Below are positions 10,401-19,071 of a DNA stretch of 64,000 nucleotides, one piece after another (the stretch's first letter is position 1; each line of letters begins with the position of its first letter). The stretch comes from Candidatus Hydrogenedentota bacterium (GTDB taxonomy: Bacteria > Hydrogenedentota > Hydrogenedentia > Hydrogenedentales > SLHB01). A program made the position numbers and the translations under genes. Below the pieces are notes generated by a model that made no database searches, was not told where the DNA came from, and saw only the letters and a program-made list of their open reading frames with translations. The stretch lies in contig CAXXYE010000007.1 in assembly GCA_963674865.2 (NCBI GenBank), positions 32,001 through 96,000 of the forward strand. Reading direction: 5' to 3'.

Positions 10401-10686
10401 CGAGCCGGTGCCCGTTCAGCCATACCTCGGCGTAGTAGTCGGCCGCGTCGAATTCCAGCATGGCGCAGCGCTCGCGCCATTCGGCGTCCAGCTCGAACTC
10501 TCGAAAGTACCATCCTACGCCATCGTAGTCGGGCACCCATCGATCCCAGACGCTTGGGACTCGGACTTCGAGTGCGTCTGCCAGACTCTTCTCAGTGGCC
10601 CATTGCTTGGCCTTCCCGATGTCTTCGGGATCCAGCACAAGTCTCCATGGACCTGTGAGATCGTATTCAACTCGCGTTGTCTTCAT
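7417..10686 (-). CDS. Glycoside hydrolase family 2 with long C-terminal extension
   Basis: YDGVGWYFREF, HEGGYTPF, LWSPESPKLY, GFNMVRFH, and RDRNHPSVVIWGILNE (acid/base motif). Confidence 0.9.
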   Translation of the reverse strand: MKTTRVEYDLTGPWRLVLDPEDIGKAKQWATEKSLADALEVRVPSVWDRWVPDYDGVGWYFREFELDAEWRERCAMLEFDAADYYAEVWLNGHRLGDHEGGYTPFSFDATEALATGANRLAVRIIDPHGPEGFGDFRPKQIPCAKENGYWPFAGIWGDVRLVGLPHAHITDVFVQPDIRRKRLNVDVATSHPGLVRLTIEGTNVEATGEPGRMGLEFPDAELWSPESPKLYTLVCELLLDGTPVDRTATRFGMRSFTAKEGRFYLNDHPIFVQAVLHQPDYPLSLAAPDDESLLRKELELAKQAGFNMVRFHIKTPPRRSLDIADELGLLAYVEPPIGWIQRSRWMQERCEREVREMILRDRNHPSVVIWGILNESGNAGYEINGGAQLIKDDLCRLARSLDPSRLIIDDSGGVNATRESARLMRPYRDEFEPYDDLHIYQRAPVDREIELYYAHSGDPGRLCFLSEFGFGGMENLPEVLSRYGEQASSLKDACFLERIRQAAERGFVERGLDRVFGDFAGLAQATQQLQCDAARHHIDAIRANGKAAGYCYTQLCDAGHEFCAGMLDRWRRPKPVFDTLKRIQQPMRPLIFAPRTNAAPREEFPITVVLANDNRIEGRADLSLQVVGPTNQILWKKKRNIKLPRPGKELWSGTVSASGSPGTHEFVVRLMQGMNVLAENALPFHVLAPVEPCDVDIDVLDPHGVWRPRCGALGKLGATLAPVHIVPPLANTIRAYPDNELAQILAQVKAGAVALIFGPPDDWNDLADRVDPGLRATNKDAVGAFLGMYHYAKLHPVFDGLPARGLMRQPYRNTVPPKTFLESSDEDICGTLDTNPAGAGHYMLEEGQWWGSDILVRRYGSGRVVFTHLRVLENLGSDPVADRLFVNMLKHFSRRSVPPRGFTPLHQPSVEWLRHERMEFVRKWQVLGMFPNWGDDGHDKAYPPEKEIDLEAAYPGWYKAITWRPWSSSGHNDHILDLQEALSPVYEYYPRFDYGTAYAYAEFSCDRRQAVNIRLATQDATKVWLNGGLIHDVRHHLPLDHLERHAVSASLKQGRNTLLVKVSKIPGQFRFAVDFDSATEFPVSLKWWQ

Positions 10687-10755
10687 CGCCCCTACCGTGT
10701 TCGGAAGGCATCCAGTTCATCCAATCCCCGCGGGCGCGCCGCCCGAGGAACAGCG

Positions 10756-11310
10756 TTAGTACGTGAGGGCTGCGACGATGAGCATCACAAGCCCTATGGC
10801 CAATTTGGCTAAGAGGCCGCCTATCTTGCCTAGTGCGGCGCCAAATCCCGTCCATGCGGCCTCGCCGACCTGTCTCTGCATAACAATGAGTTCGTAGGCA
10901 AGGGCTGCGACAAAGGCCCCAAGGCAGGCGCCAATCAACGTGCCTACGATAGGAAGCCACGGGGTGCCCACAATGGCGCCCACAATGCAGCCGGCCAGAA
11001 CCGAGAACATCGAGCCCTTGCTGCCACCGAACCGAGACGCGCCGAAGCCTGCCGCCAAGAACTCGATGACCTCGCCCAGGATCGCCAGTACCGTCAAGAG
11101 GAGGAGACTCCATATGCCGAAATGCTCGAGTCCCGATACGGCCCAAGTCGTCGTAATCGCGCCGAGAATGATCCAGTTACCGAACAGGCCCACGGCATCC
11201 AGTGCCAGTCCCGCGATGATGGCCAGAAAGAAGCACGTCCACCCGACTATCGCCAAGAATGTTGCCAAGAAGGGATCTCCAGCGCGCATCTTACGAGATA
11301 TAACGGGCAA
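10756..11310 (-). CDS. DUF456-family membrane protein
   Basis: Gly-rich hydrophobic protein with GASRFGGSK...GAIVG...PIVGTLIGACLGAF pattern. Confidence 0.8.
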   Translation of the reverse strand: MPVISRKMRAGDPFLATFLAIVGWTCFFLAIIAGLALDAVGLFGNWIILGAITTTWAVSGLEHFGIWSLLLLTVLAILGEVIEFLAAGFGASRFGGSKGSMFSVLAGCIVGAIVGTPWLPIVGTLIGACLGAFVAALAYELIVMQRQVGEAAWTGFGAALGKIGGLLAKLAIGLVMLIVAALTY

Positions 11311-11412
11311 TGTATCCTATGTTATTATCCGCCGTCAATTACCCCTCAAGCTCCGGCGCTTTCTCGACGTATCTCTGCAAGCTCCCGCGGGCTCGAAGTA
11401 AGGAAGAATCAC

Positions 11413-12279
11413 ATGAAAGCTACCCAGGAATGTCTTGTCTGCGTGCTTGCTCAGGCCCTGCGCGCGGCCCGTGTCGCCACGGAAGATACGGGCGTGCAGC
11501 GCGCTATTCTTGATGCGGCGTCCGAGCGCGTGCCGACGTTGGATCTAAACGAGTCCCCCGCGGTGATCTCGATGTGTGCCTATGAGCTTGCGGCGGAGTT
11601 GTCCGGCAAGGCCGATCCCTACGGCGCATTGAAGTTTGAGCAGAACCGCCACGCTATGACTCTTGAACAGGAATTGCGGGAGTTAGTCCGGAATGGCGAC
11701 GATCCGCTCCTGAGTGCGCTGCACCTGGCCGCGGCAGGGAACATCATCGATCTCGGTACGATGCACGCCCAGCAGATCGATGTACGGCAGGCTGTCGAGC
11801 AGGTTATGGCCGAGAGCTTCGCCGTCGAGCACCTTGCCGAGTTCCGCGACTCCCTAGCGCGGTGCCGTGATTTGCTCTACCTCTTGGACAACGCCGGCGA
11901 GATTGTCTTCGACAAGATCCTGGTCGAGGAACTCGCTAAGCACACCACCGTTACAGCTGTTGTGAAGGCCGGGCCGATCATCAATGACGCCACCATGGAA
12001 GACGCTGTTCAGGTTGGACTTCCGGACATCTGCGAAGTGATCGATACGGGGGGCGCGTTCATCGGGGCGCCGCCCAGCCTTGTGCCGGAATCATTCTCGA
12101 AGCGGATGCACGTGGCCGACATGATCATTGGGAAGGGGCAGGGGAACTACGAGACGATAGACGATTTTCCCGGCGATGTATTCCTCATTCTCCGCGCGAA
12201 ATGCGAGATCGTTGCCGCGCATATGGGCGTGGAATTCGGCCAGGTCGGCTTGATCTCGACGCGGGCCAGAGGAGCGTAG
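11413..12279 (+). CDS. ARMT1/DUF89-family damage-control phosphatase
   Basis: N-terminal CxxC, DPY...K, AAGNIIDLG, DNAGEIVFD, PIINDAT and KGQGNYET motifs. Confidence 0.9.
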   Translation: MKATQECLVCVLAQALRAARVATEDTGVQRAILDAASERVPTLDLNESPAVISMCAYELAAELSGKADPYGALKFEQNRHAMTLEQELRELVRNGDDPLLSALHLAAAGNIIDLGTMHAQQIDVRQAVEQVMAESFAVEHLAEFRDSLARCRDLLYLLDNAGEIVFDKILVEELAKHTTVTAVVKAGPIINDATMEDAVQVGLPDICEVIDTGGAFIGAPPSLVPESFSKRMHVADMIIGKGQGNYETIDDFPGDVFLILRAKCEIVAAHMGVEFGQVGLISTRARGA

Positions 12280-12297
12280 ACACCGCGTATCCCCTAA

Positions 12298-12660
12298 CTA
12301 CCTGCGGCGAGGTCCTCTGCGCTTCTGTTGGGGTCGTTTCCTGCGGGAGGGATTTCGTCGGGCCTTGGCCGTGAGGTCGTCTTCTTCTACCGGCGACGCT
12401 GCCGCGCGCGGCTTGACGAACCGTGCGTGCTTGTCTTCCAAGGCATTGAGGCTGCCGCAGCGAGGGCACTCGGAAATGCTCTCGGCGCCTTCGTCGAGGT
12501 ACATGTAGCCGCAGAAGACGCAGCGCCATAGGAACTGCTTCGCCAGAAAGCGCTGGGGTCGGCGCACAGTCAACTCAGCGTAAAGCCAGATGACAACGAT
12601 GACGACGCCGAGCACGATGGTGTAGAGGGCCAAGGCATGTTGCAGTGAGATGGGGATCAT
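12298..12660 (-). CDS. Small membrane-anchored Zn-ribbon protein with basic tail
   Basis: One TM helix, CVFC...CPRC, Arg/Lys-rich C-terminus. ATG overlaps the stop of the upstream TonB-like gene. Confidence 0.7.
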   Translation of the reverse strand: MIPISLQHALALYTIVLGVVIVVIWLYAELTVRRPQRFLAKQFLWRCVFCGYMYLDEGAESISECPRCGSLNALEDKHARFVKPRAAASPVEEDDLTAKARRNPSRRKRPQQKRRGPRRR

Positions 12661-13472
12661 CTCAGGCCTCGTGCGCGCGTCAGCACGAGTGTCCCACGCT
12701 GGCGCTTGCGCTTTTCGGCGCTTATCGGCTCGAAGCGGTACTTCCACAGTGCCTGGGTGGTGCTGGCCACAATGCCTGCTTCATCCTCCACTGGGGGCAT
12801 GATCTCAACTACTTTTCCGGCGGGATTGACGGCGAAGACCATGGTGATGGGCTGTTCCAGCTTCGCCGGGTCGATATCCCATAGCGCCTCAATGGGCGGC
12901 GAGTAGATCAATTGCCGGTCCTTGGGCTCCGAAAACCACTCGATGTAAGTCTCGAAACCTTCGGCGGGGCGGGTGGCGGGTTCGGGAGGACCTTCATCGA
13001 GGTCGCTTCCCCACGACAGGCGCAGTCGTGAAAGCGCGGCGCTGAGGCCGCCGAGTTCCTCGCCAAAACGCGACCAGGAATCCGTGCGTTTGTGGCGGAA
13101 CATATCGTCGTAGTGGGAGCTGAGAGCCAGACTCTTCTCGCGGAATCCCAGCCGCTCCAATTCAGCGAAATGCAGTGTGGGCAATTCGATGCGCGGCAGG
13201 ATTCCGGCTTGTTCCGGGCCCCCTTCCAGGCGGAGGTCGCCAATATCCCCCAAGTCAAAGGAGGAGCCGGCCAGGCTGGGTGGCGGCGTGTCGGTGGCGA
13301 GGGAAACGACCTGCCACCCCTCGGGCGGCACGAGGGCCAGCGCGAGGGAGGCCGGACTTGAACGCGGAAACGTGATCACGATGGAAAACAAGGTCACCGC
13401 CGACAGATGCACCATGAGCGATACGGCCAGCGCGATGGTGAACACGCGGTCGCGCCCCACGACGCACCTCAC
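12657..13472 (-). CDS. TonB/TolA-like energy transducer
   Basis: TM helix with SLMVH (SxxxH) motif; C-terminal TonB-like domain (FAVNPAGKV...ALWKYRFEP); GTGA overlap with exbD. Confidence 0.7.
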   Translation of the reverse strand: MRCVVGRDRVFTIALAVSLMVHLSAVTLFSIVITFPRSSPASLALALVPPEGWQVVSLATDTPPPSLAGSSFDLGDIGDLRLEGGPEQAGILPRIELPTLHFAELERLGFREKSLALSSHYDDMFRHKRTDSWSRFGEELGGLSAALSRLRLSWGSDLDEGPPEPATRPAEGFETYIEWFSEPKDRQLIYSPPIEALWDIDPAKLEQPITMVFAVNPAGKVVEIMPPVEDEAGIVASTTQALWKYRFEPISAEKRKRQRGTLVLTRARGLR

Positions 13473-13912
13473 TGGTCGGCTTGGCCGGGTGGCCGCGCGG
13501 CGATGCCGCACATCTCGATGCCTACACTTTTCGCGATGCCCAGTACCTCGACCAAGCGGCCCGTTTCGAGGCGTTCATCCGCGCGAATAAGCACCATGAT
13601 GTCGGGCCGCTCCTGGCGCCGCTCCGCGAGAACGCGCGATAGCTGCGGCATGCTTTCGACCTCGACATTGTCAACGAAGATCGGGCCCGCGTTATCCGGG
13701 CCGCCATCGCCGTAGGCAAGGGTGATGGAGATGTCCTTCTGCTCGAGGGCGACGGCGCCCTCGGCCTCGGGCATCTGGATTTGCACGGAGCTTTGCACCA
13801 CGAAGGTGGACGAGAGCATGAAGAAGATGAGGAGAAGGAACACGACGTCGATCAAGGGCGTGAGGTCAACCGTCGCCCGTACCTTCCGCTTATCGCTCTC
13901 ACGGAATCGCAT
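13469..13912 (-). CDS. exbD: ExbD/TolR biopolymer transport protein
   Basis: DLTPLIDVVFLLLIFFML and VLIRAD motifs. Confidence 0.92.
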   Translation of the reverse strand: MRFRESDKRKVRATVDLTPLIDVVFLLLIFFMLSSTFVVQSSVQIQMPEAEGAVALEQKDISITLAYGDGGPDNAGPIFVDNVEVESMPQLSRVLAERRQERPDIMVLIRADERLETGRLVEVLGIAKSVGIEMCGIAARPPGQADQ

Positions 13913-13916
13913 GGCG

Positions 13917-14558
13917 TCAGATCTCGTATTCGCCGCGGTTCTTGGTTAGGAGTTCGACGAGTTCGGAGGAGCTGATCTCCATTTCGAGGACCATGTGATC
14001 CACCCGCGTGACGAAGTAGTTGTAGATCACCAACGTGGGAATGGCGATGGTGAGGCCGGCTGCGGTGGTGATGAGGGCGTTGCTAATACCTTCGGCCAGG
14101 TCCGCGGGATTCACCTGCCCCTGCTTGTCCTGGATCATGGCGAAACACTTGATCATACCGGTGACGGTGCCGAGCAGGCCGAGGAGGGGGGCGATGTTGG
14201 CGCAGGTGGCCAGTGCGGACATATAGCGCTCCAAGCGCGGTACCTCAAGATGGCCCGCGTCCTCAATGGCCTCGCGGATATCCTCCTTGCTGCGGTTATG
14301 CTTGAGGATACCGGCCTTCATGATGCGTGCAATAGGCCCCTCTGTCTCGTCGCATATCTCGATGGCCTCCTGGATACGGTTCTGCCGCAACACGGTGCGC
14401 ATGGTATCCATGAACTCCCGCGTATCGATGGTGGCCCGGCGCAAGGAGAAAAACCGCTCGATGGCGATGGCCAGAGCCATCACGGAACAGGCCATGATCG
14501 GCCACATCAGCGGACCTCCGGCGAAGATAATCTCGATGACGTTCACGTTGTCCGGCAC
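13917..14558 (-). CDS. exbB: MotA/TolQ/ExbB proton channel
   Basis: APLLGLLGTVTGMI and GISNALITTAAGLTIAIP motifs. Confidence 0.92.
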   Translation of the reverse strand: MPDNVNVIEIIFAGGPLMWPIMACSVMALAIAIERFFSLRRATIDTREFMDTMRTVLRQNRIQEAIEICDETEGPIARIMKAGILKHNRSKEDIREAIEDAGHLEVPRLERYMSALATCANIAPLLGLLGTVTGMIKCFAMIQDKQGQVNPADLAEGISNALITTAAGLTIAIPTLVIYNYFVTRVDHMVLEMEISSSELVELLTKNRGEYEI

Positions 14559-14592
14559 GGCGATTCAGGCCTCCTTCGCTTCCGGTCAGTCA

Positions 14593-15456
14593 TTACCGGC
14601 TGACCAGCGTTCCCAGTCCTCTGTCGGTGAATATCTCCAGCAAGAGCGAATGGGGCACGCGTCCATCGATGATATGTGTCTTGTTGACTCCGTGTTCAAG
14701 CGCCTTCAGGCATGCTCCTATCTTAGGGATCATGCCGCCGGCGATCACGCCTTCGGCTTTGAGCGTGCCGACATCGGCCTGTCGAAGCTGGTGGATCAAC
14801 GTCTCGGGGTCCTTCGGGTCGCGCAGTAATCCCGGCGTATCGGTGAGAAAGACCAGCTTCTCCGCGCGGAGGGCGGCGGCCAATTCGCCGGCGGCCGTGT
14901 CGGCGTTGACGTTCCAGGAGCCCCCTTCCGGGTCAGTGGCGACGGGCGCAATGACGGGGATCAGGCCCGCATTACACAAGACATTCACCACCTTCGGCTC
15001 TACCCGGATGATCTCACCCACATGGCCCACGTCAAACCCATCCTCGAGTGCTATGCGCTTGGCGTGGAAAAGGTTCCCGTCCTTGCCGCAGATGCCGACG
15101 GCGGCGCCTCCCGCTAGATTCAGCAGACTGACAATGGCTTTGTTGACCCGGCCGGCCAGCACCATTTCAACGACCTTGATCGTCTCGTCGTCCGTAATCC
15201 GCAGACCCTCATGGAAATCGCTCTTGATGCCGTGGCGTTCGAGCACCGCGCTAATGGCCGGGCCGCCCCCGTGTACCAGGACGGGATTCATGCCGACGTA
15301 CTTCATCAAGACAACGTCCTTGGCGGTACTTTCACGGAGTTTGGCGTCGACCATGGCACTGCCGCCGTACTTGATCACCACCGTCTTCCCCTCGAAATCG
15401 CGGATATAGGGGAGGGCTTCAATCAGTACCGATGCTTTGTGTATCAGTTCTTCCAT
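14593..15456 (-). CDS. argB: Acetylglutamate kinase
   Basis: EALPYI, VIKYGGSAM, VHGGGP, NVNADTAA and GGMIPK motifs. Confidence 0.97.
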   Translation of the reverse strand: MEELIHKASVLIEALPYIRDFEGKTVVIKYGGSAMVDAKLRESTAKDVVLMKYVGMNPVLVHGGGPAISAVLERHGIKSDFHEGLRITDDETIKVVEMVLAGRVNKAIVSLLNLAGGAAVGICGKDGNLFHAKRIALEDGFDVGHVGEIIRVEPKVVNVLCNAGLIPVIAPVATDPEGGSWNVNADTAAGELAAALRAEKLVFLTDTPGLLRDPKDPETLIHQLRQADVGTLKAEGVIAGGMIPKIGACLKALEHGVNKTHIIDGRVPHSLLLEIFTDRGLGTLVSR

Positions 15457-15636
15457 TGCTCATTCACTTCTCGTTGGGGTTCTCTCTGGAACCCCCTGGG
15501 CAACGTGCCTGCGGCGTGCCCATCGGCGCACGTCGAGGCTATGATAGCGTGATCCGGGCCGAGATGCACCCTTCCCCCACGACCGAGGCGTCCAGAACGA
15601 CAAGCCGGAGAGGCAAATTCGACCCATCGAGGTGCG

Positions 15637-16842
15637 TCAAGAACGGTAATCCGCGTTGATGCTGACGTAGTCGTGGCTCAGGTCCGATGTCCAGAAGATG
15701 GCCTTTCCCGGGCCTGTTCCTACCTCGACGCGTATCCGGAACGAGGGTTTCTGCATGATGGCCGCCGCATCGGCTTCGGCGTAATCGGCGGGCATCCCAC
15801 CGCGCACGAGTTGGAGATCGTCAATCCACAAGGCTAGGTCGGCAGGATCGAACGCAGGTCCCGCATATCCCGCTGCGCAGGCAAACCGGCCCCAGTTGGG
15901 ATCCTGCCCGAAGAAAGCGGTCTTGCAAAGCTGCGAGTGAGCGATGGCCCGGGCGATCGTCTTCGCGTCCTCGTCGGAAACGGCGCCGTTCACAGCGATT
16001 TCGACGAATTTTGTGGCGCCTTCGCCATCTTTGACGAGTTTATGGGCCATTTCGAGGCAGACAGCGGCAAGTCCTTCGCCAAAGGCATCGAATGCCGGAC
16101 TTCCCGGCAGCAATTTCCCTTGCGGCGAGAGGCCGTTTGCGAGGCAAAGAACGGTATCGCTTGTGCTCATGTCATTGTCCACGCAAATGCAGTTGAAAGA
16201 CGCCTCTACGGCGTGGCGCAACAGGCCGGACAACGGCTCCGCGTCGATCGCGGCGTCCGTCGTGATTACGCAGATCATAGTGGCCATATTCGGGGCGATC
16301 ATGCCGGAGCCTTTCGCAATGGCGCCGATGCGTATCGGACCTCCCTCAAGCGGTATCTCGACGGCCATCTCCTTGGGGACGGTGTCGGTGGTCATGATGG
16401 CTTGGGCCGCGTTTGCGCTTCCCTCGGCGGATAATCCGGCGAGGCACTGCTCGACGCCCTGTCTAATGCGTTCCATGGGCAGGGGCACACCGATGACGCC
16501 TGTGCTGCAAACGCACACTTCTTCCCGTTGAAGGCCTAATCCCGACGCCGTCCACGCGGCGGTTTCCTGGGCGTCGGCGAGTCCTTGACTGCCCGTTGCT
16601 GCATTGGCGTTGCCGCTGTTGATGAAGACGGCCCTGGCGAGGCCGCCGACGCACACGGCCTCGCTCCACTTCACCGGCGGCGCCTTCATGAGGTTCTTGG
16701 TGAAGGTTCCCGCCACGGCTGCCGGGGCGTCACTTGCCACCAAGGCGCAATCCTTTTTGGTAGAGCCGGGCTTGACGCCCGCGGCCACGCCGGAGGCCCG
16801 GAAACCTCTGGGCGCGCACACGCCCCTGCTGACGGCGTTCAC
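15637..16842 (-). CDS. argJ: Bifunctional ornithine acetyltransferase / N-acetylglutamate synthase
   Basis: NSGNANAATG, STGVIG, KGSGMIAPNMATM, DGEGATK, C-terminal INADYRS. GTG start overlaps the argC stop. Confidence 0.97.
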   Translation of the reverse strand: MNAVSRGVCAPRGFRASGVAAGVKPGSTKKDCALVASDAPAAVAGTFTKNLMKAPPVKWSEAVCVGGLARAVFINSGNANAATGSQGLADAQETAAWTASGLGLQREEVCVCSTGVIGVPLPMERIRQGVEQCLAGLSAEGSANAAQAIMTTDTVPKEMAVEIPLEGGPIRIGAIAKGSGMIAPNMATMICVITTDAAIDAEPLSGLLRHAVEASFNCICVDNDMSTSDTVLCLANGLSPQGKLLPGSPAFDAFGEGLAAVCLEMAHKLVKDGEGATKFVEIAVNGAVSDEDAKTIARAIAHSQLCKTAFFGQDPNWGRFACAAGYAGPAFDPADLALWIDDLQLVRGGMPADYAEADAAAIMQKPSFRIRVEVGTGPGKAIFWTSDLSHDYVSINADYRS

Positions 16843-17849
16843 GGGACCATCCCCGCGAAGGTGAGTCCGGCAGTTTCTTCGAGTCCGAACATCACGTTCA
16901 TGCACTGCACGGCCATGCCGGCGGTGCCGCCGAGGAGATTGTCGATAGCACTGACGATGACGAGATTGCCCGTCCGCTCGTCCATGACCCAGCCGAAGTC
17001 GCAGAAATTGGAGCCTCGGACGTATTTCACTTCGGCCAGATTGCCTTCGCCAAGGACGCGCACGAAGGGCTCGCCCGCATAGCATTTGTAGAGCTGGTCT
17101 AGGTCGGGCCGGGTCTTCGTCCGCACGGTGATGGTGCTCAGAATGCCCCGCGTGTAAGGCCCGACGTGCGGCGTGAACTGTACAAGTGTCTTGCCGCCCA
17201 GTTCCTGCTCAATCTCGGGCGTGTGTTGATGCATGCCGATCTTGTATGCCTTGACGTTTTCGTTCATTTCGGGGAAGTGGAAAGCTTCGAGCAGCGCCCG
17301 GCCCGCACCGGACACGCCCGATACCGCGTCGATGACAATGGGCACTTCCGGAGCCGCGTCATTAACGATGGGGCGGAGAGGAACGAGCACGCTCATTACG
17401 TAGCAGCCGGGGGCTGCCACAAGCTGCGCGTCGCGCACCTGTTCCCGATAGAAGGGCAACATTCCGTAGACGGCCTCGGGCAGAAGCTCGGGCGCCGTAT
17501 GCTCTGTCTTGTAATACTTCGCGAACTCGGCGGTGTCTTTCAGCCGGAAATCAGGGCCCTGGTCGATCACCCTTGCGCCCGCGGCGCGAAGTTGGGCGAC
17601 GAGGGGCATGGACTTCGTCCCAGGCACACCGACAATTACCACATCGCATTTCTTGGCGAGCGCGTCCGGGTCGAAAGGCTCAAGGACTACATCGGTGAGT
17701 TTCCCGAAGGCAGGCAATGCTTCGTCGAGTCGCCTGGATTCTCCCAATTCCGCTGCCGCCACGAGTTCGGCTTGGGGGTGCATCATAATGAGCCGGACCA
17801 ATTCCCGTCCGGCGAAACCAATCGTTCCTACTGTGCCTACACGAATCAT
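16839..17849 (-). CDS. argC: N-acetyl-gamma-glutamyl-phosphate reductase
   Basis: DFRL, PGCY, SGVSGAGR, HQHTPEI and SAIDNLLGG.AG motifs. Confidence 0.96.
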   Translation of the reverse strand: MIRVGTVGTIGFAGRELVRLIMMHPQAELVAAAELGESRRLDEALPAFGKLTDVVLEPFDPDALAKKCDVVIVGVPGTKSMPLVAQLRAAGARVIDQGPDFRLKDTAEFAKYYKTEHTAPELLPEAVYGMLPFYREQVRDAQLVAAPGCYVMSVLVPLRPIVNDAAPEVPIVIDAVSGVSGAGRALLEAFHFPEMNENVKAYKIGMHQHTPEIEQELGGKTLVQFTPHVGPYTRGILSTITVRTKTRPDLDQLYKCYAGEPFVRVLGEGNLAEVKYVRGSNFCDFGWVMDERTGNLVIVSAIDNLLGGTAGMAVQCMNVMFGLEETAGLTFAGMVP

Positions 17850-18117
17850 ATTTGTATCGCTCCGAAGGTGTTCTTGGGGCTGGCCGCGGGCGATAAAGCT
17901 GCGCCGCAACCAGTTAGCCTACAATGACTTCACGTCCAAAGCCCAGGTTGGGTAAGCGAATTATACGGCTTGTGCGGAAGGCCAATCAACCGATAGCAGG
18001 CCTCACATTCTCAGGGTTCTCGACGGCGTCGCTCTGCCGCGCGGCTGTTTCAACTTGTGGTCCCGCCCTGTTCGCTTATAATGGGTGCTCGGCATGCGCA
18101 CGCGGAGGGGACTTATT

Positions 18118-19047
18118 GTGAGAGTGCTGGTAAGCGGCTCGACGGGATTCATCGGAATGTCCCTGGTATCGTATCTCAAGGGACACGGAGCGCACGTCAC
18201 GCGCTTGGCGCGCTCCGCGGGAGACTCCGGCGACTCTGAGACCATATGGGATCCAGGTCGTGGCGCCATTGACCGAATCCAACTCGAAGGGTTTGATGCA
18301 GTGGTGCATCTAAGCGGCGAACGCCTCAGCGTTAGCCGCTGGTCGGCCGCGAAGAGGGCTCGCATTCGCGACAGCCGGGTGAACAGCACGGCCTTTCTCT
18401 GTGAGGCCCTTGCATCGCTCGAACATCCGCCTGCCGCGCTACTGTGTGCTTCGGCCATCGGATACTACGGAAGCCGGGGCGACGAGATGCTTACGGAGGA
18501 AAGCTCCCCGGGCGAAGGGTTTCTCGCGGAGGTATGCCAGGCTTGGGAGGCCGCGGCGGCGCCCGCCGTTGAGAGTTCGATCCGAGTGGCCCACCTGCGG
18601 TTCGGCTTGGTGCTGAGTCCGCGTGGCGGCGCACTGAAGGCAATGCTGACGCCTTTCAAGCTGGGCCTTGGCGGCGTCTTTGGGGACGGGCGCCAATACG
18701 TGGGCTGGATCGCTTTGGATGACGCCGTGGGCGCAGTTCACCATATTCTAATGCACGATGCACTGGCCGGGCCCATCAACGTCGTTGCTCCAAACCCGGT
18801 GACCAATCGCGAATTTGTGAAGGCATTGGGCCGAACGCTTCGGCGACCGACGCTGGTCGCGCTACCGTCAGCGGTTGTGCGCATGCTCTTGGGAGAGGCG
18901 GCGGAGGCGTTGCTGCTTGCCGGCACACGCGTGCAGTGTGCGAAGTTATCCGCTTCGGGCTATGTACACAAGCACCCGAAAATCGAGCCGGCTCTTCACT
19001 ACATGCTTGGTGTAGAAGGCGCCGCTGAGGCCTCTTCAAGGATGTGA
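18118..19047 (+). CDS. TIGR01777 / YfcH-family NAD-dependent epimerase
   Basis: SGSTGFIG, SAIGYYG, GFLAEVC.AWE and FKLGLGG..GDGRQY..WI motifs. Confidence 0.9.
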   Translation: MRVLVSGSTGFIGMSLVSYLKGHGAHVTRLARSAGDSGDSETIWDPGRGAIDRIQLEGFDAVVHLSGERLSVSRWSAAKRARIRDSRVNSTAFLCEALASLEHPPAALLCASAIGYYGSRGDEMLTEESSPGEGFLAEVCQAWEAAAAPAVESSIRVAHLRFGLVLSPRGGALKAMLTPFKLGLGGVFGDGRQYVGWIALDDAVGAVHHILMHDALAGPINVVAPNPVTNREFVKALGRTLRRPTLVALPSAVVRMLLGEAAEALLLAGTRVQCAKLSASGYVHKHPKIEPALHYMLGVEGAAEASSRM

Positions 19048-19071
19048 CAAGACAGAGAGGAGGAGACAGGT

